Source: Octopus sinensis (Eukaryota). From it: a stretch of 64,000 bases of DNA. The notes under the pieces are model-generated. The model saw only the letters and a list, made by a program, of their open reading frames with translations, ran no database searches and was not told the origin of the DNA. Shown in pieces: positions 1 to 12,803 of this stretch. Location: positions 37,262,001 to 37,326,000 of the forward strand of contig NC_043010.1 of NCBI RefSeq assembly GCF_006345805.1, written 5' to 3'. Numbering within the stretch: the first letter of the stretch is position 1; each line of letters begins with the position of its first letter. Both the position numbers and the translations under genes were made by a program.

Positions 1-104
1 GGAAAATACGGAAAAAAAAATGTATTATTATGGTTTGAATGTTTTTTGATCATAGGACATCAGAGCTGATCTGGAAGGCTAAGCAAGAACCACAACAACA
101 AAAA

Positions 105-108
105 CACC

Positions 109-159
<51 letters not shown>

Positions 160-166
160 GCAACCT

Positions 167-211
<45 letters not shown>

Positions 212-226
212 TACTACTACTACTAC

Positions 227-256
<30 letters not shown>
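105..256. repeat. compound trinucleotide microsatellite (CAC)n-(TAC)n-(TAA)n
   Basis: Directly visible tandem triplets; they explain the poly-H/Y/N and poly-V/I ORFs. Confidence 0.95.
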
Positions 257-257
<1 letters not shown>

Positions 258-400
258 GCTACTGCTAGTACCAATCACTGCTTATAAAAAAAAAAATAAA
301 CAAGCATTCTTGGAAAAAAAAGATGATAAAAAAAGATAAATTGTTAATCTTTATAGCTTGAATAATTTCTGAAATCTAATTTATTATACTAAACAATGCA

Positions 401-432
<32 letters not shown>

Positions 433-598
433 TGGGGAGAGAGGTTGTATGTTTATGTGGTGTGCATATGTATTATGTATATGAGTGTGTGTGTTTGTGT
501 GTTTCTGTATGTGTGTGGTCTTTGTGATGTGTTTTTATTTAATATTTGTGAGATATGGTTTATTAAATTGACTTGTATTGAAGTAAAATAGAATGTGT

Positions 599-635
<37 letters not shown>

Positions 636-908
636 ATGCGTGCGTGCATGCACGTGTGTGTGTGTGTGTGTGGTGAGGTATGCGTATATTTGTATGTAAA
701 TGTGTGTGTGTGTGTGTGTGTGTAAATGTTTTAGTATGTGTTTGTGTAGATGTGTGTAGAAGTGTATTCACATGTTTGTATATGCATGTTTTGTTTGTGT
801 AAATCTGAATGATTATTCACACATGTTCGTGTGTGTGTGTATGTGTGTCTATACACATATACATGTGTATGTGTATATATGTATATACATATGCATGCAT
901 ATATATAC

Positions 909-939
<31 letters not shown>

Positions 940-1319
940 AATATGTATGTTTGTGTGTGCATGTATATATGTGTCTGTCTGTCTGAATATATGCAAGTCT
1001 GGCTGTTTGTGTGTGTCTTTGTTGTGCTGAAAGTTTTTTTTTCTTTTCTTTTCTTTTGCTTTTATTATTTTTCATTTACCATTCCTACTAAGGTTAAAGA
1101 ACACTTATCAAAATACCAAAAACACAAACAAAAACCTGAATAAATACTAAACAGAGTTTAAAAGATAAATCTATCTCTTCACACACACACACATTCGTAC
1201 TCACATGTGTGTATGTATATGTGTATATGACGATGTCTGTCTCTATATGCCTATATATATGTATGTAATATTTATATGCATATATGTATGTGTGTGTATA
1301 TATATACATATACAAGTAT

Positions 1320-1369
1320 GTATACGTCTCTGCTTCTCTGTACACACACACATGCATATATACACACAC

Positions 1370-1415
<46 letters not shown>

Positions 1416-1558
1416 GTCTCTGCTTCTCTATACACATACATACACAAATATATGTATATATATGAGTCTCTGCATCTGTGTGTGTATATATATATATCTG
1501 CTTCTCTGTACACATACACACAAACACATATATATATGAGTCTCTACATCCATGTGTG

Positions 1559-1593
<35 letters not shown>

Positions 1594-1645
1594 GTATGTA
1601 AGTATGTGTATGTGTGTGTATATATATCTCCGGTTCTGTGTATAT
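1320..1645. repeat. degenerate minisatellite of GTCTCTGCTTCTCTRTACACA units embedded in (CA)/(TA) tracts
   Basis: Motif (g)tctctgcttctct(g/a)tacaca and variants recur at ~1326, 1416, 1466, 1497 and 1540. Confidence 0.7.
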
Positions 1646-3082
1646 GTATCCATTATATCTCCATATCTATCTGTGTGTGTGTGTGTGTGTGCAAATGTAA
1701 ACAAAAGAAAGGCTTTTATAAATGAATCAACCCAAAACCAAACATAATTTAGAAATACAATTTGTAAATATATATGAGTTATCTGTGTAACTGAGCGAGC
1801 TTTATTCCTCTTATTGTTTATGTAGGTAATTGTTTTGTGAGAATGTTTCCTGATTGTTGTGTATACAGGCGCTTCTAAAGGATTTTGATATTTTACTACA
1901 TGTAATGTGTTACACATGTTGATGTATGTATGTATGTCTGTATGTGTGTGTGTGTGTGTCATCATTATCATCATATAATATATGTACATGACTTGTAAAA
2001 ATATTTCTGTTTGAAATTTAAAATTGGCAAAATAGATTTTGTCTTTTTTTCTTTTCTTTTTTTGTCTTTCCTGCCCTCCCATCTTTTAACTGGAACAGGG
2101 AAAATGTAGATAGATTTTGTTTTTAAATATCCATTTCTGTTTTGTTTTTTTTTTGTTTTGTTTATATTTAAAATTTACACACACACACACATACACACAT
2201 GTATATAGTGAAATTTAAATCTATAAAAATAGCTAATCTTTTTTCTTTGGTTTTGATTGTATTTCAATTTGCATTTGATTTGAGGTTTTTTTGTGCTTTG
2301 CTTTCTATTTACTCTCACATACTCTTACTCATTCTTTGCCTCTCTGTCTCTCTATTTGTCACCCCATCTCTCTCCCCATCTCTCTCCCCATCTCTCTCTC
2401 TTTCTCTCTCTATCTTTCTGCATCTCTCTCTCTCTCATTTTGGATTCATAGAAACAAGTTTAATCACTTTCAACCTGCACAGTTTTTTTTTCCCACCCAG
2501 GATATGATACAAACTATTGTGTGTGTTTGTGCATGTGTGTGTGTGTGGACGGGGTGGGGCAGTGATTGGCTCACCACAGCAACACCCACCCCCACTCAGT
2601 CACACCAACACCCACACACACTCACACACCCACACAGCCAAACATCTATCCATCTCTGCCATGATGTCATGTCACACCATTAAGTCACTTTTGTGATTCC
2701 ATATGTAAAACTCAAAAATTCAATACAGATCAATATAGATTATTGTCATTCTATTTACAACTAACTTATTATTATTATTATTATTATTATCATTATTATT
2801 ATTATTGCTTTGTTTTTGCTTTTGTTTTTTTTTGTTTTTTGTTTTTTGTTGTCTATATTGCCTCCACTTCTCCAATTTAAAATCACATGATTACACACAT
2901 TAAGCACAGGTAACTCAGCCATCAACATACTAAACAGCTGTGTCTGTGCACAGATTTCTCATCAATATGCAATGTCTGGCTTTTACTCTTTTGTTGTTGT
3001 TCTCTTCTTCTTTTTACTGGTTTCAGTCTTTGGGATTTTGGCCATGCTGGGGCACCACCGACCAACTACTAAGGTTGTATAT

Positions 3083-3400
3083 CATCATCATCATCATCGT
3101 TTAACGTCTGCTTTCCATGCTAGCATGGGTTGGCCGATTTGACTGAGGACAGGCGAACCAGATGGCTGCACCAGGCTTCAATCTTGATCTGGCAGAGTTT
3201 CTACAGCTGGATGCCCTTCCTAATGCCAACCAGTTCAAGAGTGTAGTGGGTGCTTTTACATGCCACCCCCTACTGGCAACGACATCGCTCGAATCTTTTT
3301 ACGCATGCCACTAGCACAGGTGCCAGTAAGGCGATACTGGTAATGATCACGCTCGAATAGTGCCTTTTACATGCTGCCAGCACAGAAGCCAGTTAGCTGC
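3083..3400 (-). mobile_element. family C repeat, (GAT)n-tailed, RTE-related non-autonomous element
   Basis: Reverse complement of ...ggttggcattaggaagggcatccagctgtagaaac...ccaacccatgctagcatgg...gacgttaaacgatgatgat; same family as 27270-27755 and 63230-63508. RTE affinity is recalled, not searched. Confidence 0.7.
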
Positions 3401-3650
3401 TATATATCTATATATATATATATACACATATAGATATCATTACATTGACTCCCTCATACTTATTTTATCAGCTTCTCAACAATGAAAGTGAAAACATAGA
3501 CTGGAGGAGTTTTGAGCTCAGAATATAAATATTTACCACTAGATTATTTTGTCCAATGATTGACCACCTCTAGAATTCATACACGTTAATGGGGTCAGCA
3601 ATAGCTGGACCAAGGCTCACTTTGGGCCATTCTAGGTGTTCTCTATAATC

Positions 3651-3955
3651 TCTTTTACTCTTTTATTTGTTTTGGTCATCTGATCATGGCCATGCTGGAG
3701 CACTACCTTTAGTTGAGCAAATCAACCCCAGGACTTATTCTTTGTAAGCCTAGCCTAGTAGTTATTCTATCAGTCTATTTTACCGAACCGTTAAGTTACA
3801 GCGAGCTTGTTTCCATCTACCAAATCCACTCACAAGGCATTGGTCAGCCCAAGGCTATAGTAGAAGACACTTGCCCAAGGTATTATGCAGTGAGACTAAA
3901 CCCAGAACATGGGTTTATGAAGCAAACTTCTTACTGCACAGTCACACCTGTGCCT
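3651..3955 (-). mobile_element. family A tRNA-derived SINE, internally deleted
   Basis: Matches the family A tail (tcttttactcttttatttgtt...) and head segments seen in many copies in this window. Confidence 0.8.
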
Positions 3956-3974
3956 ATATATATATATATATATG

Positions 3975-4176
3975 TATATAGTTGAAATTTATAGACAAAC
4001 AAAGAACGAAGACAGGCGTATGAACAACAAGCAAGTGTAATAGTTTGATGCTCAGGGAAATGAAAATGAAAATGTCTTTTATGTTTCGAGCCTATGCTCT
4101 TCAATAGAAAGGAATAAAAGAAAATAAGCAAAGAGTGAATGAAAAAAGCTTGTAGATTTCAGCAGTCCAGCATGGC

Positions 4177-4180
<4 letters not shown>
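3975..4180 (-). mobile_element. Penelope-like terminal-repeat fragment with decayed minimal hammerhead
   Basis: Minus strand reads CTTT-CTATTGA-A-GAGC atag GCTC-GAAAC-ATA-AAAG (4077-4111); flanked by (TA)n on both sides. Confidence 0.5.
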
Positions 4181-4229
<49 letters not shown>

Positions 4230-4420
4230 TATATACACATACATACAATACACACTTATATATCTCTGATGTGTTTGTGCTCATATTCCTTGTTGACATG
4301 TAAGCATTTTTGCACTAAACACAAAGGAGTGAGACTTTGTATCTTGGGTCAAAGGAAGATAATTCATTCAGGCAAAGTTATATTGAGGAGCTAAATAAGA
4401 AAATTCTAAACACAAGAACA

Positions 4421-4459
<39 letters not shown>

Positions 4460-5334
4460 TAGATAAACAAATAATAAAAAAAATATACATTCTACTCAAA
4501 CTGTGTCCTTTTGGATATTTGCCACTATGAAGGAAGAACAGAAAATATGGCCAGAGAGAAAAATATCAGTGCAAAAATTAGGAAAGAAAAAGTTGAATAT
4601 AACAAACTGCAACCAATTCGAATTTATATAAATCATTTTATTTTGTTTTGTTTTATTTTCATTATTTGTTCCCCTCCCATTCTAAATCCCTTCCAAAATG
4701 TAAATTTGGCAAAAAGAAAAAAACAAAAAAAAGAAAGAAAAATACAAATTTGTCACTTTTTATAATGGAAGTGGCGACTGTGTTTGTATTAGGTTTTTTT
4801 TTCTTTTTTTCTGCAATAGTAGTTAGTGTGGGGTAGATTTCTTTGGGTTTGGGGTTTAAAATATTTTGCTGTCTGGCCCCTGAACATAATGTTTTGTTCA
4901 GGGAAGGGTTATTCCTTGAAGATGGCCCGCTGGCAGCAGAGTCCCTGCTTCTGCTATTATTAATTTTAGTGGATTTTTTTTTTTTTGTTTGTTTTGTTAT
5001 ATTTTTTTTTGTTTTGCCAGTACTCTATAATGATGATGCTGATGTTGATGACAATGGTGGTTTACTTCACTCTGCACAACCCCTTGCCGACCACTAAAAT
5101 TAATTTGTCATTCCAATCTAGAAGAGGGAAGACAGAACAAGGTATGAGGTGTGGTGGGTGGGGTGGGGGGCATACTCCCTGCTAGAACATTAGATATTTA
5201 CCTATTCCCTTTTTTTTTTATCTCTTCCTTTCCCCCCTTTTATTTACATTTTCAACTTTGATTTCAATGTCATTTTCATATACACACACACATATTTGTA
5301 AATGCTTCCCTATTTCTCTTTCGCCTTATTTATA

Positions 5335-5445
<111 letters not shown>

Positions 5446-7129
5446 ATTTATTCACACACACACACATAAATGCACATATATCCCTTTTGTTCTCATTTGC
5501 TTTTTATTTTGTTTTTTTAGCCATTAAGAGATTTTTAGGCTCTCCATTCTGTTCTGCTCTCCTTCCCCTCCCCCTTGCTCTCTCTTTTTTTCTTTTATTT
5601 TATTATTTTATTACCTGTCTGCCAACCCCCCTCTCTCTCTCTCTCTCTCTCACACACCAACTTAGTTCCCTCCCTTCCGCCCATATCTCAGTTGTCTCCC
5701 TATCTTCATGTCCCCAAATTAAAACAAATCTAAACTGGGAAGAAGAAAAATAAAAATAAAAAAAGGGTAAACAACAAAAATTGACAAAACAAGAAATACT
5801 TTTAAAATATATTTATTTAAAAAAAAAAACGTAAAAAGTATTTAAAATGAAAAGAGTCCCACACACACACATACATATACACACTCTCACACATGCATGC
5901 ATGCACACTTTCTCATAGTCACTCACCCATATGCGCTCCTACCTAAACACAAGCATAACAGATCTCTTGAGAAATAGAGGACATTGCCAATAGTGAAGTC
6001 TGAGAAGAAGCCTAGTAATGGGGTTTGAGCTGGGTGGAATTGGAAGTAGTGGTAGCGGAGAGGGGGCAGGCGTCGGCTTGGTGATGGCGGTGGTGGTGGT
6101 GTCGATGATGTGGTGTCTGTAGTGTTAGAGAAAAGGAAAGGGTGTTTGTGATTGTGATGGTGCGAGGTTGGTACTTTTTGTGGAGCCCAAGCCCAGGGCC
6201 AGCTCTGATTGAGCAAACCTCCGATGAAGAGTATTCTAACCATGACCATCCATCTGGACTTTTATTCAAAGGCTCGGGTAGGGCTGTATAGTAAGATGTT
6301 TGCTTCCCAACCACATGGCTCCAGGTTCAGTCCTGCTGCATGGCATCTTGGCCAAATGTTGGGGCCGACCGAAGCCTTGTGAGTTGATTCGGTATATGGA
6401 AACTGAAAGAAGCCCGTCATATATTTGTGTATATATGGGTGTGTGTGTCTTTGTGTCTATGTTTGTCTCCTACTATCGCTTGACAACCAGTAATAGAATA
6501 GACCAATAGAATAAGTACCTGTGTGGATTCAGGCCTTAACACTCCACAATTAAGTTTGTTTCCCAACCACATTGTTCAGGGTTCTGCCCCACTACATGGC
6601 AGCTTGGGCAAGTGTTCTCTATTATAGCCACAGGCTGACCAAAACCTTGTGGGTGGATTTGGTAGACAGAAACTGAAAGATGCTCATATATGTATATCTT
6701 TATGTGTATTTATGTGTCTGTGTTGTCTCCCACCACCACTTAACAACCAGTGTTGGTGTGTTTATGTCCCTGTAACTTAGTGGTTTGGCAAAAGAGACTG
6801 ATTAGAATAAGTACCAGGCTTTAAGAAAACAAAGTACTTAGGTCAATCCGTTTGATTAAAAAGATTCTTCAAGGCAGTGCCTCAGCATGGCCACAGTCTA
6901 ATGATTAAAACAAGCAAAAGACGAAAGATGAATGTATGATTTGATTCCATAGCAGCAAACTTCCCTCAAATCAGATCTACTTCTTGAGAAAAAATTTGAA
7001 AGAATGAAAGAAAGACTTGGAAGTCACCATATGAAAGATTTTGATTGTACTTCTGAGAGTATCACAGCATCCATGTATCACTGTATGTGGCACACCCCAT
7101 CAATTCAGCTCCATGATATATCAAATTGT

Positions 7130-7444
7130 TGATATACCTAGATACTTAGATAGGTTTCAGCCACATTGGCCCAGGCCATGGCTAACTTAATAGCACCACC
7201 TGAAAAAGATATTTAGTAATATATTTTTGTATAATTATTTTTTAGGTACCATTGCCTATTCGATTAAAGAGTTGTTTGTTGTTTGCAGCAGTATATCCGG
7301 TTTATCTGGAATTTTTTGGAGATATTCATCCAAGAACTTTCTCTAGGTTATGAAATCTTTTTCCCCCTTTATATGTTTTGGAATGATATTAAAAAAAGCA
7401 GGTCCAGTTGAGGAGAAGTAGTTCTGTCTTAGTGTTATGATCTG
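7130..7444 (-). mobile_element. CR1/L2-group LINE 3' end remnant
   Basis: Minus translation QIITLRQNYFSSTGPAFFNIIPKHIKGEKDFIT*RKFLDEYLQKIPDKP...NNSLIE resembles the CR1-group ORF2 C-terminal GP.LFN.LP...FK..LD.YL..IPD.P...NSL pattern. Confidence 0.65.
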
Positions 7445-8240
7445 TTATTTTTTACTTGTTTCATTTAACTGCAGCAATGCTGAGGCAGCACCTTGAAGAA
7501 TTTTTAGTCAAATGCATCGACACCCCCACTAATTGTTTCCTTTAAGCCCAGTTCTTATTATATCAGTTGCTTTTGCTGCACCACTAAGTTGCATGGACAT
7601 GAACACACCAACACCAGTTGTCAAGTGGACATACACGCATATATATATATATGGCAGACTTTTTTCAGCTTCTTATTTCTTTATTGCCCACAAGGGGCTA
7701 AACATAGAAGGGACAAACAAGGACAGACAAAGGGATTAAGTTGATTACATAGACCCAGTGCATAACTGGTACTTAATTTATCGACCCTGAAGGATGAAAG
7801 GCAAAGTCGACCTCGGCAGAATTTGAACTCGGAATGTAACGGCAGACGAAATACCTATTACTTTACTACCCACAAGGGGCTAAACACAGAGGGGACAAAC
7901 AAGGACAGACAAACGGATTAAGTCAATTACATAGACCCCAGTGAGTAACTGGTACTTAATTTATCGACCCTGAAGGATGAAAGGCAAAGTCGACCTCGGT
8001 GGAATTTGAACTCAGAACGTAATGGCAGACGAAATATGGCCACGCATTTCGCTCGGCATACTAACGTTTCTGCCAGCTTGCCTCCTTAATTCAGTTTCTG
8101 TCTACCAAATCCACTCACAAGGCTTTGATCAGCTTAAGGCTATAGTAGAAGACACTTGCCCAAGGTGCCACGCAGTGGGACTGAACCCAAAACCATGTGG
8201 TTGGTAAATCAAACTCCTTACCACGCAGCCACGCCTGCAC
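7445..8240 (-). mobile_element. family A SINE interrupted by two tandem family B SINEs (7670-8085)
   Basis: Family A tail half at 7445-7668 and head half at 8090-8240; between them are two head-to-tail copies of cccacaaggggctaaac...gaaaggcaaagtcgacctcgg...gaatttgaactc. Confidence 0.85.
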
Positions 8241-8664
8241 GAATGTACGCAGCAATTACACTGCTTTTGTTAAGTGCCTTTACACTCTTTATACAGTTAA
8301 AGTGTACACTTTTGTTACATTGCGTTTGATTAGCTCTAACGATTGAGCTAATTTTAATCCTTTCATTATCATATTTCTCTTGAAATACACTGCTTTTGTT
8401 TAAATTAATTTTGACAATAATGAAGAATTTAGTAAAAATAACATCATCGTTTATTAACCCTTTCCATACCAACCTGCCCAAGACCTCCACTGGTTCTGTG
8501 ACGTAAAACTTCCCGTTTTAAAGTAATTGAAATTAAAACCTTCCTTTAGAATTTCATGTTAATTTTCCAAATGCCGGCTTAATAATGACGGAATTATTTT
8601 ACAAATTTCTTTGTAATTTTTCCCAAATTAAATGCAACAAAGGCAGCATATTTTAAAAGAAGTA

Positions 8665-9035
8665 TTCTTTTATTCTTTTATTTGTTTCAGTCATTTGACT
8701 GCGGCCATGCTGGAGCACCGCCTTTAGTCGCACAAATCGACCCCATCCCCCCCGGACTTATTCTTTGTAAGCCCAGTACTTATTCTGTCAGTCTCTTTTG
8801 CCGAACTGCTAAGTTACGGGGACACGAACACACCAACATCGGTTGTGAAGTGATGGCGAGTGGGGTGGATAAACACAGACACACACACACACACACATAT
8901 AACGGGCTTCTTTCAGTTTCCGTCTACCAAATCCACTTACAAGGCTTTAGTTGGCCCAAGGCTATAGTAGAAGACACTTGCCCAAGGTGCCATACAGTGG
9001 GACTGAACCTGGCACCATGTGGTTAGTAAGTAAGT
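8665..9035 (-). mobile_element. family A tRNA-derived SINE
   Basis: Near full-length match to the other family A copies. Confidence 0.85.
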
Positions 9036-9467
9036 TACGTAACAAAAGTTGAAATTTTTTCTTTGCTTTTCCTGTTTTTCTTTACTTGTTTCAATCGATA
9101 AACTGTGCCCATGCTGGGGCACCACCTGGAAAAACTTTAGTCAAACAAGTCAACACCTTGTATTTATTCTGTTTTCTTTAAAGCCTGATATTTATTCTAT
9201 CAGTCTGTTTTGCCGAACTGCTAAGTTACAGGGACATAAACACAATACCAGTAGTCAAGTATTGGTGGGGGGAGGGGTACAAACACGGGCACAAAGGCAC
9301 ACACACTATCTAATGTTGGTTTGTTTACATCCTCATCACGTTGTTTAGCAAAGAGATACATACAGAATAAGTATTGGAAGTGGGGGTTGATTTATTCCAG
9401 TAAATACTCCAAGGTGCTCCAGCATGGTCACAGTATGATGGCTGAAGTAAAATTACATAGAGAAATA

Positions 9468-9870
9468 GGCGCAGGAGTGGCTGTGTGGTAAGTAGCTTGC
9501 TTACCAACCACATGGTTCTGGGTTCAGTCCCACTGCTTTGTATCGCTTGCAAGTGTCTTCTACTGAAGCCTCGGGCCGACCAAAGCCTTGTGAGTGGATT
9601 TGGTAGACGGAAACTGAAAGAAGCCCGTCATATATATGTATATATATATATGTGTGTGTGCGTGTGTTTGTGTGTCTGTGTCTGTCCCCTTAGCATTGCT
9701 TGACAACCGATGCTGGTGTGTTTACGTCCCTGTACCTTAGCAGTTCGGCAAAACAGACCGATAGAATAAGTACTGGGCTTACAAAGAATAAGTTCCCGGG
9801 GACAAGTTGCTCGATTAAAGGTGGTGCTCCAGCATGGCCGCAGTCAAATGACTGAAACAAGTAAAAGAGA
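9468..9870 (+). mobile_element. family A tRNA-derived SINE, full length
   Basis: Head ggcgcaggagTGGCTGTGTGGtaag (A box) ... GGTTCAGTCCC (B box), central (TA)/(TG) tract, tail gactgaaacaagtaaaagag. Confidence 0.9.
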
Positions 9871-10717
9871 GAGAGATAGTTGAATAAGCTGCTTTTTTTG
9901 TTTACATTTAATTCTGCTAGGCTGGGACTGACATTGTGGTGATGATGGTGGGTGGATTCTTTTTTAACAACAATGTTCCTTGTGTTCCCAGCTCCTGATC
10001 CTCTATGGGACATCTTTCTCTCTCTCTTTCTCCTCCACCCTCTTGAAGTAGTGGTTCTTTTCCTATCCTTGAACACTATTACTGTTGTGGAGTCTGTCTT
10101 TAGATAAGTTGTTGTTGTCCTTCCATTGTGTTAGCCTTCTTTTGTAGTGTATTCAGTCCTTTCTTTTTTTTTTCTTTTTTCATTCTACAACATCTCCCCC
10201 ACCCCCCACCCCGACCTCAGGCTTTGCTCTTTGCTTGCTTGTGTGTCTGTGTATATATAGGTGGCCTGAGGCAAGTTGGTCTAACATAGAGAGAAAGAGA
10301 GAGACAGGCAGACAGAAAGAGAAAGTGAGAGAGAAATTAGGGGAGGTGCAAGATGACAGATAAGGAGAAAGAGAGAGAAAAGGCTTGATGTATGGGATAG
10401 AGAATAGAGAGAAAAGAATGTAGCTCTCCTTCTTCCCACCACCTTAGTAGCTATGAGGAAACTGCAAGTTCTGAATTGTTAAGAAAAAAAGCTGTACACC
10501 TGTTTTTCTGTCAACACACACACACACACACATATTTATATATGTGTGTATATGTGATTGTAACAATGGTGATTGACTTTGTTATGCTCAGAGTAGGTTC
10601 TTGCTCAATGCAATCCCCATAGGCAGTATGTGCTGAGTACACTTTTCCACCTCTATTAAATCAATACATAATACCATCATCAACATCATTCAACATCCTG
10701 CTGGCATGGGTTGGATA

Positions 10718-10755
<38 letters not shown>

Positions 10756-10757
<2 letters not shown>

Positions 10758-11017
10758 AGGCACATGGCCTAGTGGTTAGAGCAGCGGACTTGCAGTTGAG
10801 GGATTGCAGGTTCGAATCTCAGATCGGGCAATGTGTGTGTTTATGAGTGAAACACCTAAGCTCCACGCGGCTGACTCTTTCGCCACAACTTTCTCTGACT
10901 CTTTCCTCTTGCATCTTACCTGCGACGGACCGGCGTCCTGTCCAGGTGGGGAACCTATACGCCAAGGAAACCAGGAAACCGGCCCTTATGAGCCAGGCAT
11001 GGTTCGAGAAGGAACAA

Positions 11018-11019
<2 letters not shown>
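10756..11019 (+). mobile_element. family D tRNA-derived SINE
   Basis: A box TGGCCTAGTGG and B box GGTTCGAATC; shares its head and tttcgccacaactttctct with 55785-56093 but has a different 3' half. Confidence 0.8.
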
Positions 11020-11056
<37 letters not shown>

Positions 11057-11290
11057 TAGAAAGATAGATAGATAGATAAATGTATATGTATGTATTTTAT
11101 TGTTTTATTTGTTTCAGTCATTTGACTGTGGTCATGCTGGAGCACTGCCTTTAGTCAAACAAATCGACCCCAGGACTTATTCTTTGTAAGCCTAGTACTT
11201 ATCCTCTCGGGCTCTTTTGCCGAACCACTAAGTTATGGGGATGTAATCACACCAACATCGGTTGTCAAGCAATGGTGGGAGGGACATTTC

Positions 11291-11325
<35 letters not shown>

Positions 11326-11945
11326 GTAATGGTGTCAGTAAGACCCAAAGGTGTCAGGTAATGCTGAGTACGTGCCATGGACCTTCTAGTTATAAATGTT
11401 CTAAAATCTTCACAGCCTTGGTTTTTTTATCTCATTCTAAACAAAAAATTTTATATATGTGTGTGCGTGTGTGTGTGCGCGTGTGTGTGAGTGCACGCAT
11501 GCCTTTGTTTTCGGCAACCAGTGTTGGTTTGTTTCTGTTCTTATAACTTAAATGGTTCAGCAAAAGAGACCAGTAGAATAAAGTACCAGGCTTTAAAAAG
11601 TAACTATGTACTGGGGTCAATTCATTGGGAGTAAAAAACTCTTTAAGGCTATACTCTTTTTCTTTTACATGGCTGCAATCCAGTGACTAAAACAAGTAAA
11701 AGATGCACGCGTGCACACACACATGTGTGGTAAACAAGAATTAACTGGTTCCCTTGGACAGTCAACTGTGAATGTTGTGGGGGAGGATATTAATCTGAAT
11801 AAGTATACCTTTCCACCTTCACTCTCTACTTCTTCTTAACCCCCCGCCCCCCGGCCACACTCCTCCCTCTTATGTTGTAGGAAGTGATTTGCTTGCAAAT
11901 AATTCATTCAGTCTTGACCACTAACAGCAAAACACACACACACAC

Positions 11946-11986
<41 letters not shown>

Positions 11987-12569
11987 GTTCATTCATTCTT
12001 TCATTCAATTATTTATTCTCTCTCTCTCTCTTTGAGTCTTTTACCTCACCTTTCTCTGCTTCATAATGTTAAACACACGCACACACACACATACATGCAT
12101 GCACACATGTACCTACTCACTTACATATAGCTTCCATATGTGACTTAGCTGCCTGTTCTCTTTACATTGACATCATTAACACAATAGCTCCATCTTCAGC
12201 AACAGCAGCAAAATCTTTATTCTCCATCTCCTACCCAACCCCAGTCATCCTCAGCCTTGTTTTTGTTTCTGTTCTTGTCAACCCCCCTCCCGCCATCACC
12301 ACCACCACCACCAACATCATCATCCTCACCCTCATCACTAAACCACCACCATCATTAACATCATCGTTACCCTCATCATCAATTAATGATAACATCTCTT
12401 AGTTGTCTTCATAGTCATTGCAATAATAACATTCTGTGTCTTTCATTGCCACAAGGGCATCAGAAGGGAGAGAATATTATTAAGGGCTGGCTGCAAAAAG
12501 TCATCATCTTTTAACATCTGCCTTCCATGTTGGCATGGGTTGGATGGCTCAACAGAAGCTGGCAAGAAG

Positions 12570-12803
12570 GGCGGCGAACTAGCAGAAACGTTAGCATGCC
12601 GGGCGAAATGCTTAGCAATATTTCATCTGCCGTTACGTTCTGAGTTCAAATTCCACCAAGATCGACTTTGCCTTTCATCCTTTCGGGGCTCGATAAATTA
12701 AGTACCAGTTACACACTGGGGTCGACGTAATCGACTTAATCCCTTTGTCTGTCCTTGTTTGTCCCCTCTATGTTTAGCCCCTTGTGGCCAATAAAGAAAT
12801 AAG
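12570..12803 (+). mobile_element. family B tRNA-derived SINE inserted into a family C repeat, 13-bp TSD
   Basis: ggcggcgaactagcagaaacgttagc...gagttcaaattcc...gcctttcatcctttcgggg...taagtaccag...aataaagaaataag, flanked by direct repeat agaagctggcaag. The central block resembles the MetaSINE domain as I recall it. Confidence 0.9.

Noticed and set aside
39-2082. Long ORFs rich in Y/H/T/V/C/I (also at 13.4, 17.8, 25.4 and 42-45 kb)
   Set aside because: They are translations of (CA)n, (TA)n, (TAC)n and (TATC)n microsatellites, with no domain signal.
8682-9026. Recurrent peptides such as FQSFDCGHAGAPP and YQIHSQGF...AIVEDTCPRCHAVGLNPEPCGW
   Set aside because: These are antisense translations of the family A SINE, found in many dispersed copies with frameshifts; not a gene family.
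10756-10830. tRNA gene candidates (also 46264-46330 and 56020-56093)
   Set aside because: A and B boxes are present but the acceptor stem is not convincing and each runs into a SINE body; treated as SINE heads.
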